A stretch of DNA of 63,319 nt, the filler included, from Chiloscyllium plagiosum (Eukaryota): assembly GCF_004010195.1 (NCBI RefSeq). It is 4 parts of one record of this genome, joined end to end, with 100 filler letters (N's around TTAATTAATTAA, not from the genome) between each part and the next. Parts side by side here need not be neighbours in the genome. Positions count along the whole stretch, not along the records: positions 37,156 to 59,934 come from NC_057717.1; 3 more parts are not named here. One strand, written 5' to 3'. Position 1 is the stretch's first letter; the number at the start of each line of letters is the position of its first letter. Below, in pieces: positions 37,156 through 51,193 of this stretch. The position numbers and the translations under genes are program-made. The notes under the pieces are model-generated. The model ran no database searches and was not told where the DNA came from. It worked only from the letters and a program-made list of their open reading frames with translations.

Positions 37156-39085
37156 GAGAAAGAACGTGAAGAGAGTTCGAGAGGAAGAGAGAAAAAAATG
37201 AAGATCAGAAAGTGAGAGGAGGAGAAGGGAGCGAGGGGGTGGTTAGACGAGAACGTAGAACATCGAAGATTACAGCGTAGTGCAGACCTTCGGCCCTCGA
37301 TGTTGCGCCGATCTGTGAAATCTATCTGAAGCCCATCGGATCTACACTATTATATTAAGAGCCATATAGCTTTCTAATGGCCATTTAAATGCTCTCAATG
37401 TTGACGAGTCTCTTTATGTTACAGACACGACATTCCACGTCCTAATTACTCTCTGAATAAAGAAACTACCTCTAAGATCTGTCCTCTTTTTATCGCACCT
37501 CATTTTAAAGCTATGTGCCTTCGTGCTCACCATTAGCATCTGAGAAAAAAGGCTTTCAATTTACCCATCTCATCAGCTGATCATATTCATCTTGTACATC
37601 TCTATTATGCCACCTCTTAAACTTCTTCTCCAAAAATCTAGCATCCACGAGTGCCTCAGCCTTTCCTCGTAAGACTTTCCCTCGATACCAAGCATCCTAA
37701 GCAATCTCCTCTGAAAACTCCCCAAAGGTTACACATCCTTGGTACAATGTGGTAACCAGAACTGTACACAATACTGAAAGTGCGACCGTGCCAGACTTTT
37801 GTACAGCTACAACATGACGTCATGGTTCTGAAGCTCAACTCTCTACAAATGAAAGTTAACGCACCGTATGATTTCATAAACCCTATCGAACTGGATGGCA
37901 ACTTTCAGTGATCTATGTACATGGATACCGAGATCTCTTTCTTCATCTGCACTGCCAAGATTCTTACCGGCAGCCCAGTATACTTTATTCCTGTGGCTCC
38001 TTCAAATTAAATCACCTCACATTTTTCTTCATTAAACTTCATTTCCCAACTACCAACCCAGCTCTGCAACCTATCTATGTACTGTGTTTAACGCAACATC
38101 TTTTGCCACTATCCACAAATCTGCCGATTTTCGTGTCATCTGCAAACTTACTCACACACCCTGTCCCGCTCTTATCCATTTCATTAATAACAAATGAAAA
38201 AATAACTTCACTGGACACAAAGCAGGTCCTTACCGTACGCCAAGAGTAATTGAAATGCAGTATGAACATTTCCGATCAATCACCAAGTTCTGTCTTCTTT
38301 CAGATAGCCAATTTCTGATCCAAATCGCAATTTCCCATGCCTCTGCGTTTTGTCTAATAGCCTATCGTGGAGAACCTTATCAAACGCCTTACTGAAATCC
38401 ATTTCAACCAAATCAACTGCTTTAACATGAGCATTCAGACTGTCACTGTCACGTTGGACTCCGCACACTCATTACATCACCGTTACCATGACACACTCAC
38501 ACGTCGTGAATGCCACACAGAACCCCTCACACTCACTCTGTCACCATTACCCTGTACTCCTCACAATCACTTGGTCCCCATCACCCTATACCACTCACTG
38601 TCACGCCATCACCATCATTATGACCCTCTCACAATTACTCCACCACCATCACCCTGGTCCCCTCACGCTCACTCCATCACTGTCACTCTGACAACATCGT
38701 ACTCAATCTGTCACCGCCACCCTGACCCCTCGCATTCACTCTGTCACCATCACCCTGAACCCCTCTACTCACTCTGTCGACAACACCCTTACACCGACAA
38801 AATCACTCCGTCACTCTCACGCTGAGACGCTCACAATCCTCTATCACCATTACCATGAACCTCTCACGCTCACCCTGTCACTGTAACTTTAACCCCCTCA
38901 CGCACTACATCACTGATCACCATACCCCACAACCTCACTCCATCACCATCAACCTGATCACCTCACACCTACTACTCCATCACCATTAGACTGAGCCCGT
39001 CACCCCGTCACACTCACCCCGTCACCGATACACTGACCCATTCACTCTCAGTCCATGCCTGACACCTTTATTCCATCTCATTTGC
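37156..39085. repeat. Third copy of the CR1+satellite block (direct repeat of about 34845-37055, with about 290 bp deleted)
   Basis: ORFs 37656-37901, 37908-38249 and 38488-38691 nearly equal 35344-35589, 35596-35937 and 36433-36669. Junction TTTAACATGA|GCATTCAGAC at about 38430. Confidence 0.93.
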
Positions 39086-42000
39086 ACCATCACTGTTACC
39101 CTGACTACCTGGCAGTCACTCTTTCCCCATTAACATGACCCCCTCACACTGACTCCATCACCGTCAACCTGACCCCATCACACTTATTCCCTCAGCCTCA
39201 CTCTGACTCTCTCATTCTCGGTCCAGCACTCTCACCCACGACCCCATCGCAATCACTCTACCACCGTCACCCTGAAACCTTCATACATGCTCCATCACCA
39301 TCAGCCTGACACCGTCACACTCATTGTGTCAGTGTCACCCTGAATCCCTCACACTCAGCCTATCACTGTCTTTGCACGCCGTCACTGTCACCCTGACCCT
39401 ATGCACTCGCTCTGCCACTGTCAACATGAACCACTCCAACTCACTCTGTCATCATCACACTTACCACCTCACAATAACACCATCGTCATCACCCTGACCA
39501 TATCACACGCAGACCGTCACCCTCATTCTGAACGCCCCAATTACTCCGTCACTGTCACCCTTACCGCATCACAATCACTCTGTCACCATCACCCTGAACC
39601 TCTCAAACTCACTCCGTCACCATTACCATGACCCCCTCACAATCACACCATTACCATGACACTGACCCCCTCGCACTCACACAGACTGTGTCTCCAACAC
39701 CCGCTCACTCTCACTCTGTCACAGTAATCTTTACCCCTTCTCCCTCACTCCATGACTGTTACATGCACCACGACAAACATAATCTATCACTGTCATGCTG
39801 CCTTCATCACAGTCGCTCTGGCACTGCCTTTCTGACCCACACACACTCACGCCGTCACTGTCGCCATTTGTCCATCACACTCACCCCACCACTGTCATCC
39901 TGACCCTATCACTCTCGCTCCATCTATGCACCCTGACCCCCTCACATTCACTCCGTCAACGCCACACTCATCCCGTCACACTCACCACATTACCGTCTCT
40001 CTAACACCGCTCTCACTCCCACCCTCAACGTTTCCCTGACCCATTCACTCGCACCCCGTGTCTGACACTTATTCCCTCACACTCGCATCAATACTGTCAC
40101 CCTGTCCACCTGGCAGTCACTCTATCACCATTAACCTGCTCCCCTGAATCTTTCACAGTCACTCAGTCAGCATCTCCCTGAAAGACTCACTGTCACTCCA
40201 GCTCTGACACCCTGACCCTCTCACGCTTAATCACTCACTGTCACCCTAACATTCTGAACTAAGTCTGCCTCCAACCAGTGATTTCTTCAGAAACACTCTG
40301 TTAACGTTACCCTGTCCCCCCACAATCACTTAGTCAAACATCACAATGACCACCTCGCAATCACTCCCACTCTGTTACTCTGATTCCCTCACGCTCACTC
40401 TCTCACCGTTATCCTGACACGTCTCTATCACTCAGTCACCATCACACTGACGACCTGGAACTCACTTCCTCAATGTTACCCTGAATCTCCCACACTCTTT
40501 CTGTAACCATCACCTTGTCGTCCTCAAATTCTCTACGACACAGTCACTCTGACCCCCTAACACTCACTATGTCTTTCATGACGCTGACGATCTCACATTC
40601 ACGCAATCACTATCACCCTGACACCATGACACTCACTCCATCACCGACAAGCTGACAAGCACACACTCATTCCCTCACGGTCAACCGACTCCTTCATACT
40701 CACCTCTTCCCCTTCCCCTGACCTCTAAATTGCACCCCGTCACAGTCACACTGAGCACTTAACTCTCACTCCGTCACAGTCACCCTGAACATCTCACACA
40801 ACTCCATCACTATCATACTGACCCATCCCACTCACTATATCACTGTTACTCAAACCTCATCACACGCACTGTCAATGTCACTCTGACAGCCTCACCGTCA
40901 CTCTGTCACCATCACCCTGACCTCCTCGCACTCAGTCTGACACTGTCACCCCGACCTCTTCATACTCACTCTATTATGTCACACCGAACCGTTCCCATTC
41001 ACTAAGTCAGCGTCACTATGTCCCCATCAAACTCAAATGGAAAAAGTCATTTTGACACCCCTTACAGTCACTTCATCTCTGGCAAAATGACCCACTGACA
41101 CTAACTCTGTCACGGTCACCCTGAAATTCGTATATTGACTCCATTACCATCACACTGTCGCCCTCACACTAACTCCACCTCTTCACCCTGAGTTCCTCAC
41201 AGTCACGCTGGACTCTTCACTCTCACCCCTTCCGATTCTCTCCATAGACTTCGGCCTGATCCCCTCAGTATCCCTCCGTCAGCGACAGCCTCAGACCACC
41301 ACATTCACTTCATGAACTTCTCCCTGACCTCCCCACACTCACTCTGTCAAAATGAACCACTTGCACAAACTCTGTCCCAGACACGCTCAACCCCCTAACT
41401 TCACTCTGTCGCCATGATCCTGACACCCTCACACTCACTCCCCCATTGTCACCCTTAGCTCCTCGTGGTCACTCTTTGGCCATCACTCTGGCCCCTTCAC
41501 ACTCACTGTGTCAACGTCAGCCTTACACCACCGAACGCATTTCATCAACTTCTCCCTGAACACTTCACACTCACTCTGTGTCTGTCAATATGACCAACGC
41601 ATACTAACTCTGTCACAGTTTCCCTGAACCCGTCGCATTCACTCAGTCTTCATTATCACCCTGACCCCAATCTCTCACTGTCACGTTGATATACTCAGCA
41701 AAATCAGCCTCCATCCTGTGATTTCTTCCGAATTACTCAATCACCGTTACCCTGTACCCTCATAATCAGTCAGTTGCCATCACCAAGTCCCCTTCACATT
41801 CACTCATTTACCCTCACTCTGACCAACTTACAGTCACACAACCTTTGTCTCCCTGATCCCATCACAGACACACTGTCACCCTCAGCCTGACACCTCTATC
41901 ACACTGACACCATCACACTGACAACCTGACACTCACTCATCAAAGTAACCCTGACCCCCTGAGACTCCTTCCCTCAGAGTAGCCCTGAATCTCTCACAAT

Positions 42001-45000
42001 CACTCCGTCACCATCACCCTGACGCCCTCACACTCACTCCACTGCTGTCACCCTGAGCCTCTCACAGTCACTCTGTGACCATTTCTCTGACCTCTTCACA
42101 TTCACTTCATCAACGTCAGCCTGACCCTCTCAGACTCACCCCATCAACGTCAGCCTCACGTTACCACACTCACTCCATCAAATTCTCCCTCACCCACTCA
42201 CACTCACTCCATCCCATCAAAATGACCCAATCATTCTAACTTTGTCACTGTCATCCTGAAACCTTCTCAATCACGCTGTCAACATCACCCTGACGCCCAT
42301 ACATTCAGTTCACCACTGTCACCCCTTGAGCTCCTCAAAGTCACTCTGAGTCCCTCTCAAGCATTCCACCGCTGTCACCCTAAGCTCCTCACAGTCACTT
42401 GGTGACCATCAGACTGACACCCTCACACTCACTCCATCAACGTCAGCCTCACGTCTCCAAACTCACTCCATCAACTTCTCACTGACCATGACTTCACCCA
42501 CTTATACCACGTCAGAACAACCTTCTCACACTAACTCTGTCAGACTCGCTCTGAACCCCTCAAAATCACGCTGCCACGATCACCCTGAGACCCTCACACT
42601 CACTCCGCTGACGACACCCTGAACCCTTAAGACTCACTCCGTCAAAACCAGCCTCACGCCACTACACTCACTCCATCAAGTTCCCCGTGACACATTTCAC
42701 ATTTACTCTGCCACCATCACCCTGATTCTTTTACAGTCTCTCACTGTCATTCTTGGTCTTTCACATTCACTCCATCACTGTCAACCTGAATCCCTCACAC
42801 TCACTCTGTCACTTGATGCCCTCACATGAACCCCATCACTGTCACCCTTAGCCCTTCACTCTCAGTGCATCTATATCCTCCTGTAACCTACTCAGATGTC
42901 CATCTTTACTCAGCGAGTCGTGAGTTCATGGAATGCCCTGCCAGTAGCAGTGGTGGACTCTCCATCTTTATGGGCATTTAAACGGGCATTGCATAGGCAT
43001 ATGGAGGATAGTGGGCTCGTGTAGGTTAGGTGGGCTTGGATCGGCGCAACATCGAGGGCCAAAGGGCCTGTACTGCGCTGTATTTTTCTATGTTCTATGT
43101 TCTATGTTCTATCACCATCATTCTGGCCCCCCTCACACTCACCTCTTCACAATTACGCTGACATCCCCTGATACTCACTCTATCACAGCCACACTGAACC
43201 CCTCTCAATTCCTCCATCGCAGTCACGCTGGCCCCCTCAAAATCACTCCATTACCATCAAGCTAACTTCATCTCACTCAATTTTTCACTGTTACCCGGAA
43301 CCCCACGTGCTCAGCCCGTCACCGTATCCCTGTGGCTATCCCCACTCTCAACTACCCTTTCACTCTGACCCACTCACTCTAACTCCCTCACTGTCACCCA
43401 GAAATCATCACTCTCAGTCGATGAGTCACCATGATCTCCTTGCACTCACTCCTTCACTGTGACCATGATGCATTCACATTAGCTCCGGCACTGTCACCCA
43501 GTCACTCCATCCCCATCACTCTAACTGCCATACATTCACTCCGCCATCTTCACCCTGACCCCCTCACGCTCAGTTAAGTAATGTCTACATGGCCCCCTCA
43601 AGCTCACGCTATCACCATCACCTTGCCCCCATCACACACACCTCGGCAACTTCACCCGATCTACTCACGCTCACTCTATTACTATCACGCCGATCTAATT
43701 CGTATTTGCTCCATCATAGTCAGCCTGAAATCCATGCACTCACTCCGTCACCGCCACTCTGACTCCATCACACTCACCCCATCACCATAACAATTACACC
43801 ATTATATTCATGCACTCACCGAAACCTTGACCCGTTCACACTCACTCCATCACCTTCACACCGACCACTTCACACTCATGCACTCACTGTCACCCTGACC
43901 ACGTCACATTCACCCTGTCACTGTCTTTCTGAGCGCCTAAACCTCACTCCATCCCATATCCCTGTTTCTCTTTCACTCAGTCTCACACTGGCACCCTGTC
44001 ACACTTACAATTACCCTGTCACCATCAATCTGATTCCCTCACACACACCCTCTCACCTTAACGCTGACGCCCTCAAACTCACTCAGTCACCATCACTCTG
44101 ACTAGCTCGCACTCACTCCATCATTGTCACACCAACTGCTTCACAATCACTCGCTCACCGTCACCTTGACCTCCTAACATTCACCCTATCACTGTCACTC
44201 TGACCCACTCATACACACTCACTCACTCCATCCCATCACCCTGTTGCCCTCGCACTCATTCCTTCACTGACACCCCGACACACTCATATTCACTTCATCA
44301 CCCACCTCACTCTCAGTGAATGAACGTGACCCTGAGGCCTCACATGCACTCCTCTGCTGTCAAACTTTGCTCCATCATACTCACTCTATTACTGACAGCC
44401 TGAACCCATCTCGTTCACCCCATCAAAGTCACCATGAACCTCGAAATGCAATCCATCATTTTCCCTGACACTTCTCACTCACTCTGTCACTGTCATCCTG
44501 ATCCCATCACACTCACTTCGTCAACTTCACCCTGTTCTCCTAACAATCACTCCGTTATCATCACCGTAAAACACCACACAGTCACTCTGTCGCAGTCACA
44601 GTGACCGCATCACACTCACCTTGTCACCACCAACCGGTCCCGCTCACACTCCACCCATCACCGTTGCCCTCACATGCACTCCCAGCTGTCAATCGTTATC
44701 CCATCAAACTTTATTACAGTCACGATGAACCCCTAACACTAACATGTTATATTAACTAGGATCCACTCATACTCACTCTGCACAGTCACCCTGACCGACT
44801 CACTATCACTCTGTCACCGTCACCTTTATCGACTAAGACAAATTCCCCCTATGTCACCTTCACCCCTCAGACTCGCTCCATCACTGTCACCCTGATCCCT
44901 GGCACTCACCCCACCTCTGTCATCTTGAAACACTCACACTCACTTCCAGGACGTCACCATGACTCTTTCACTCATACTCTTTTCATCCTTCCACACACAC

Positions 45001-46090
45001 TCCATCACCATCACCCTCTTCCCATTACAGTCTCTCAATATTAGTCTTCCCCTCTCACTTTCACGCCATCAACGTTACTCTGGCCTCTGCGTCCTCATTC
45101 CGTCATGTCATAATGTTTCCCCCTCGCAGCCACACACTTTCACACATATTCACTCGCAACCACTTTGTTTCAGTTACCTTGTCCTACTCACACTCACTCC
45201 ATCACAGTCACCCAGCCCCCTCGCCTCACTATGTCACCATTACTCTGAAACCCTCATACTTCGTCCATGACCGTCACTCGGCCAACCTCACACTAACCCC
45301 TTCACTGCTACCCGGACGCCACAGACACACTCCTCTAATGTCACCATTTACCCCCTCACATTAATTCTCTCTGTGTTGACCTGATTTCCCGCACACTCAC
45401 TCTGTCACCAGCACCCTCACCCCCGCACTCACTCCCTCTCTGTAACCGTGACTCCTCACATGTACTCCGCTTCCATCACACTGACTCCCTCAAACTCACT
45501 TCATCCCCATGAGGGCCTCACACTCACTCCGTCACTTTCATGCAGACACTCATCACTATCACCCTGGCCTTCTCACACTGGCTCCATCATCGTCACTCTG
45601 TCCCCCTCAAACTCATTTCATCACTGTCACCATGACCCCCTCACGCTCACTCAGTAACCATCGCACGGACTCACTCACGCTCCCTCTGCCACTGTAACCC
45701 TGGCACCTCATATACACTCCATAAAAATCACTCTGACCCCTCACGCTTTCTCCATCACTGTCACTTTGACACGCTCACTCCTCATCCGTCACTGTTACCC
45801 TGACCCCCTCACACTCACTGCATCACCTCATCCTGCCCCCTCACATGATTGCGATTCGCAGTGACCCCTCACACACGCTCTGTTACTGTCACACGGACAT
45901 CCCTCACAGTCACTCCATCACATACCTCTACCCCTAACTGCTCACTCCGTCATCATCAGCCTGACCCCCGACACTCATCACCATTACCCGAACCTCGTCA
46001 TACATACTCCGTCATCTCAACGCTGATAGCGCTACATTCTCTCCCACTCTGTCACGTTGCCCTCCTCACACTCACTGCATCTCTTTCAGC
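38430..46090 (+). repeat. Degenerate 34-bp satellite, consensus about CACTCCATCACCGTCACCCTGACCCCCTCACACT
   Basis: Consecutive 34-nt units are readable from 42001 (cactccgtcaccatcaccctgacgccctcacact / cactccactgctgtcaccctgagcctctcacagt / cactctgtgaccatttctctgacctcttcacatt). The + strand is strongly G-poor. Confidence 0.88.
42862..43110 (+). mobile_element. Short CR1 3'-end insertion in the satellite, (TTCTATG)n tail
   Basis: FTQRVVSSWNALPVAVVDS..FKRAL, 3' UTR GATCGGCGCAACATCGAGGGCCAAAGGGCCTGTACTGCGCTGTA, and an intact tandem tail. Confidence 0.9.
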
Positions 46091-46094
46091 ATAA

Positions 46095-46817
46095 TGTTAT
46101 GACACAGGGTAAACCATACTTCTAATTTAATCCAGACATACAGAAAAGTTCACTTCACCTCTTAATGTGTAAAAGTAAGAGTGACAAAGAGCCATGGAAT
46201 CCCAGCAGTTAAAGAGAAAAAAACACTATTATTTGACTCGAAGAAAAAGACAGAATGTCAAACAACAACTTTCGACATTCTATTCTGCCTTTGTCTGATT
46301 GGTTTATCTTGCTCTGTCTCAACAACAATATACTGATCCATAAAAGTGTTCCGATAAATTGAAAAAAGTCAAATTCCATAACCAGCCAGCTCTCAGTCTT
46401 CTCTTTGTATTATCCTCTGTAGATTTTTCTGAGTGGTCTTTTCTTAAGTGTTCTGCTGCACAGACTTCATATGAAAATGTACATTTTAGACAGCGTCTCT
46501 GAAGGCAGTCTCCTTTTGGTGCTCTTTGCTACTCTGGCTAACTGTTCAAAATCCCTGGTTTTTATACACTAAAACATCGGATTGTCTCATTGGTTTGATG
46601 TTGACAAAACATTAAAATTCAAATTCGATTGCATTTTTAAATATTGAGATACAGTTTATACTGATCAGTCAAGTTCGAATTTGCAGTGAGCGATAGCAAC
46701 ATCCACGTCACAACTAAATGTTACTTTTTATTTTCTTCCTGCACACTCTGTGCTTGCTAAGTCCGTGCTGGCTTCCTCTCTCTTAAAAGTAAAGTACACA
46801 AATACACCTCCATGACA
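46095..46817 (-). repeat. 3' LTR
   Basis: Termini TGTTATG...CATGACA. Adjacent CCTCCCCTTTC (46818-46828) is a polypurine tract on the minus strand. Homologous to 51194-51804. Confidence 0.85.
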
Positions 46818-49800
46818 CCTCCCCTTTCGGAAAATAATGACCCATAATAAGGAAAAGATCGCTTCTTTATTTCTATATCTTAATTGCCATGAAATACATA
46901 AGACTTCAATCTAAGTTCATAATAATATGTTCCCACACAGTTATAAAGTTGGGTAGATAAAAATCTCATCTATAATTTTTCAGTGAAATCCATAATAATG
47001 CATCTGCTATTATATCCTTATGACACGTATGATTTTCAAATTAAAATTCTGTAACATAAGACTCCAAAGAAATAGTCTCATATTCTAGTCTTTGAAGAAA
47101 ATAACGGTTTGTGATACGTGTACAACACTGTTTCTGAGACGCTGTTTTGACTTAAACATTAACATTTTATTTGGTGAGTGTTGAGTTCCTTTGAAAAGTT
47201 ATCAACTTGCAGTTCAATTCCATCATCATGCTCCTGTAGCAGTATAACTCCAACATTCATGTCAGAAAAATCGATAGCAACTTTCAAGGATTTCAAAAAG
47301 TATGGTATATCTGAAACGGGGGCGGTGATTAATATTACTTTTAAGTTGTCAATTGCCTCCTGATATTATTCTGTCCGTCAAAACTTTGTGCTCTTCTTTG
47401 GAAAATCTTTTAACAATGCGAATACGCTCATGAAGTTTGGAACAAACTTCAAATAGAATCCGGTTAGTCCCAAGCATTGAAGCACCTCTTGCTTCGGATT
47501 TGTTTGTGGGAATTGTTTGAAGGCATTCGTCTTTGAATTCCTTTTGTCCAACCTTCCATGACACCGATGTAATGTCCCAAGAACCTCATTTCTGCTTTGC
47601 ACAATTCAGTTTTGATCAGGTTTATTACCAGTTTTGTTTCTCTCAATCGGTCAAAGAGCTCTTCCAACTTTATCATGTTATCATCCCAGGACTTACTAAA
47701 GATCGCTGCATCTACCAAATAGACTGTACAGATTGTTAATCCACCGTCACTGCGTTCATGCATTTTTAGATCGTGGCGGGTGCATTTTTCATTCCAAAGG
47801 GTATTGCTTTGAAATGATGTCGCACATTTGGTGTTACAAACGCAGGGGTGCATTTCGCCTTTTTCTGACAAAGGCACGTGCGAAAAAACTGCGCAGTAAA
47901 TCCAACTTTGCGATGTAAGCGGCTTATACAACTTGTTCAATGCAGTCCTCCAATCTTGCTATTGGGTGTGAGTCTCATTTTTGTAAATCATGTTGATCTC
48001 CCGTTCATCCACGCAAAATCGTTGAGTCCCATCGGATCTGGTAACAGAAACGATCGCTCTGGCTCGATTCGATACTGTCTTCATTGAGGATCGCCTCCAC
48101 CTCCTTCTGAACCTGCTTGATTTTTCAAGGATTAAGATGATAGGCGTGGTGGGGTATTTTTGGAACAGTATATTCCCTACGTCTACTTCATGTAAACGAA
48201 CATTAGTCCTCTCCATGTTATTCCTGCATTTGTTCTCTAACTGTTGGAACAAAACTTTCAACTGAGTTCTTTGCTACTGAGACATGTAGTTTATGAACCT
48301 ATCCCACTCCTCAATGACATCCCCATTGTTTAATGTATTTTGAGGCACATCAAATTCCACAACATCTGAATTTGATTCATCACTCTGCTGGCTGTAACTA
48401 ACACCTGTTACTCCAATTCTTTCTCTCTTTAATAATATGGTTTCAATATATTCATGTGAAATACACGATGCATTTTTTCTCTGTCTGGCATCTTTACCAC
48501 ATCATTCAAATGACTTAGCATGTTTCTCATTTTTATCGGAGCTTCTAAACCTGGCTTTGAAGGGATCTCCTATCAAGCTGACAATAGTAATCAGTCAAAA
48601 CCACAAGAAAACGTCCGATCCTCAGGTTTTTCATCTGCACCTGCTTCATTCAGTGTTGTACAATCTTTAGGTGTTATTTAGTTACCCTACCTACTTGACA
48701 TAAACTCTTCCTTAACTCCGATACATTATCCAAGTGTGAGACCTCCAACTNNNNNNNNNNNNNNNNNNNNNNNNNNNNNNNNNNNNNNNNNNNNNNNNNN
48801 NNNNNNNNNNNNNNNNNNNNNNNNNNNNNNNNNNNNNNNNNNNNNNNNNNNNNNNNNNNNNNNNNNNNNNNNNNNNNNNNNNNNNNNNNNNNNNNNNNNN
48901 NNNNNNNNNNNNNNNNNNNNNNNNNNNNNNNNNNNNNNNNNNNNNNNNNNNNNNNNNNNNNNNNNNNNNNNNNNNNNNNNNNNNNNNNNNNNNNNNNNNN
49001 NNNNNNNNNNNNNNNNNNNNNNNNNNNNNNNNNNNNNNNNNNNNNNNNNNNNNNNNNNNNNNNNNNNNNNNNNNNNNNNNNNTCACGCACGGCCTATACA
49101 AGTTTTGTTACCACACAATCTGGAAAAAAATACCAATGTATTTTTTTCTTAATTTCTTAATTTGTTTTTGGTATTTCTTGGGCTTCTCCATAACAAGGGC
49201 TATCACTCCAAGCTTGGACCTGCTAAGTCAATTTCAAGAACAAACTGGATTCCTGGAATTGTCACTCACTCCTCTTGTTACTACTCAAGCCTTGAATTGG
49301 CACTCCAATACGATCTTCCCGAGGGTAATGCTAGATTTATGTCCTTCTATCACACAAAGTACCACTGTCTCGGGTAACAGATCAGAAATAGGGCAAATTT
49401 GTTATCTCTCACAATTAGAGACGAGTTAGATCCTCTAACTCTTAAAATTATGACGATTGCCCTCCTTCCTCTGTTTCTTCGCAGTAAACTTTACCTACAG
49501 AGCTGATTTCTTTCCAGAGATCATGCACTTACTCCATTACCTGCCCCAGCCTATGCTGCGCGCTCTCCAGCTGCTTATTGATTTTTCTTAGCGTTTCCTT
49601 TACTACTTTCACTGATGCCATTGGGTTAGGATCTTCTACAACATATTTTCTCACATCGTCTTTCTTCAAGAAACAGCGCTGTGACTTTACCTTCCCCAAA
49701 TTCTGGCAGCAAACGTATCTTTTACCAGTGTCCTTCGTGAACTGCCAGCAATCAAAGTTATTGTGTCCTACTCCATTCCAGTGAAAAGGCAGGAGGACTT

Positions 49801-51171
49801 TCATCTCCTTGCCAAAATCTTTGGCTTCTTTACCTTGTGTTAAACAATTACCAGTGTCCTCTAATGTTTGTTCTGTAATGTACGACCGTCCTTCTCTCAA
49901 CTTCTATCCCTGATAGAATGAAATTTCTTCCAGAAACTTGACTTATGCACCAACATGTATTCATCTGCTAAAGCTTCTGCTCTTCTCACTTCCTGAACTT
50001 TCTGTTCATCCACGTGAATTCTTATCATCTGTAAAAGTGAAGTCTTATCTATTTAGATCTTTTTCTCTTTATAAAGCCAGCGCACATCTTACAAAATTAC
50101 TATGGCTAATTCCTTCGAACTCAGCATAATGCTGGCCAGGTTCCTTCTTTACGTTTCTGAACCGTTGTTTCTAAGCTCCTGGTAGCAATTCATAAACACT
50201 TAAGATAGCCTGTTTGACCTCTTCGTAATCTTCAGACACCACACTTGAGAGCGCTGAAAATACCTCACTCTGTCTCTGTCTGACTGTTTAGTCTGAATTA
50301 GCATTACCCACAGGTCCTCGGAACATTACACCTCGCGAATCAATGTTTCATATGAAATAAGGAAGGCTTCAACAACTTTCTCATTGAAATGTGGCAGAGT
50401 TTGACATATTTGGATATATCACTATCTTCTCTTTTTATCTCCAACCTGTTAACTTGGCTATGGTTTCTCAGTAGCAACTTCTCAAGTTCAAAAACAAAGT
50501 TGTTTATTTTGCCCTCTACATTCTCTTTCTATCACACTCTCTTTTCAGCTAAGAAAGGTCTCTGCCTTTCTTTTTTCTATCTCTCGTCTCTCTTTTTCTT
50601 TCTCTTTGCTCAGCTAAGAACTTCCTCTTTCCTTTTCTGGCTCTTACACCTTTCTCTTCTCTCTCCCTTTCTCTTCCTCTCTGCCTCGTATTTTCTCACA
50701 CTCTGTCTTTGTTTAATTTCTAACGCCAATTCCTTCATTTATAACTTAAGGTTTTCTAACTCGACTGCAATTGTCTGTTTCTCTGACACACCTAAGTGTT
50801 TGAGTAATTCCATTCCAATTTCCGCAATATGTTCCGCAATATCCAATTTCCGCAATTGGTTACACTCAATTCTAACCTCTTTCCTAATTCCATGACTGTG
50901 GTTCTTTCTTTTCTCTCTTAACTTTATTGGCAAATTTACAAATCATCCTCCATCCCCAGAACCTCTTCAGCAATTATAACAACCATTTCCCTAACTTCTA
51001 ATTTTATCAAACCCCAAGTAACCCAAATTAAATGCATTATCTCACCTACATTTTATTTAAAGATCTCGGACACTAACTGGCAAATGTTTAAATACAGTGG
51101 GCGTTTTCCCTAACCTAAATCTATTAAAATCTGTCTAAATCACAGACTGGATCTGTCTAAACCTGTTCATG

Positions 51172-51190
51172 TCACGGCCACAAACCGCCA
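51172..51190 (-). promoter_or_regulatory. Degenerate primer-binding site (TGGCGGTTTGTGGCCG; possibly tRNA-Pro type)
   Basis: Starts with TGG 3 nt after the 5' LTR end on the minus strand; loosely resembles TGGGGGCTCGTCCGGGAT. Confidence 0.5.
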
Positions 51191-51193
51191 ATA

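Noticed and set aside
38430..46090. CRISPR-like array (34-bp periodicity)
   Set aside because: Units are contiguous and degenerate with no unique spacers, there are no cas genes, and the context is vertebrate.
36351..46094. His/Thr/Pro/Ser-rich ORFs resembling mucin or histidine-rich proteins
   Set aside because: They are translations of a 34-bp satellite; the period is not a multiple of 3 and the frames break constantly.
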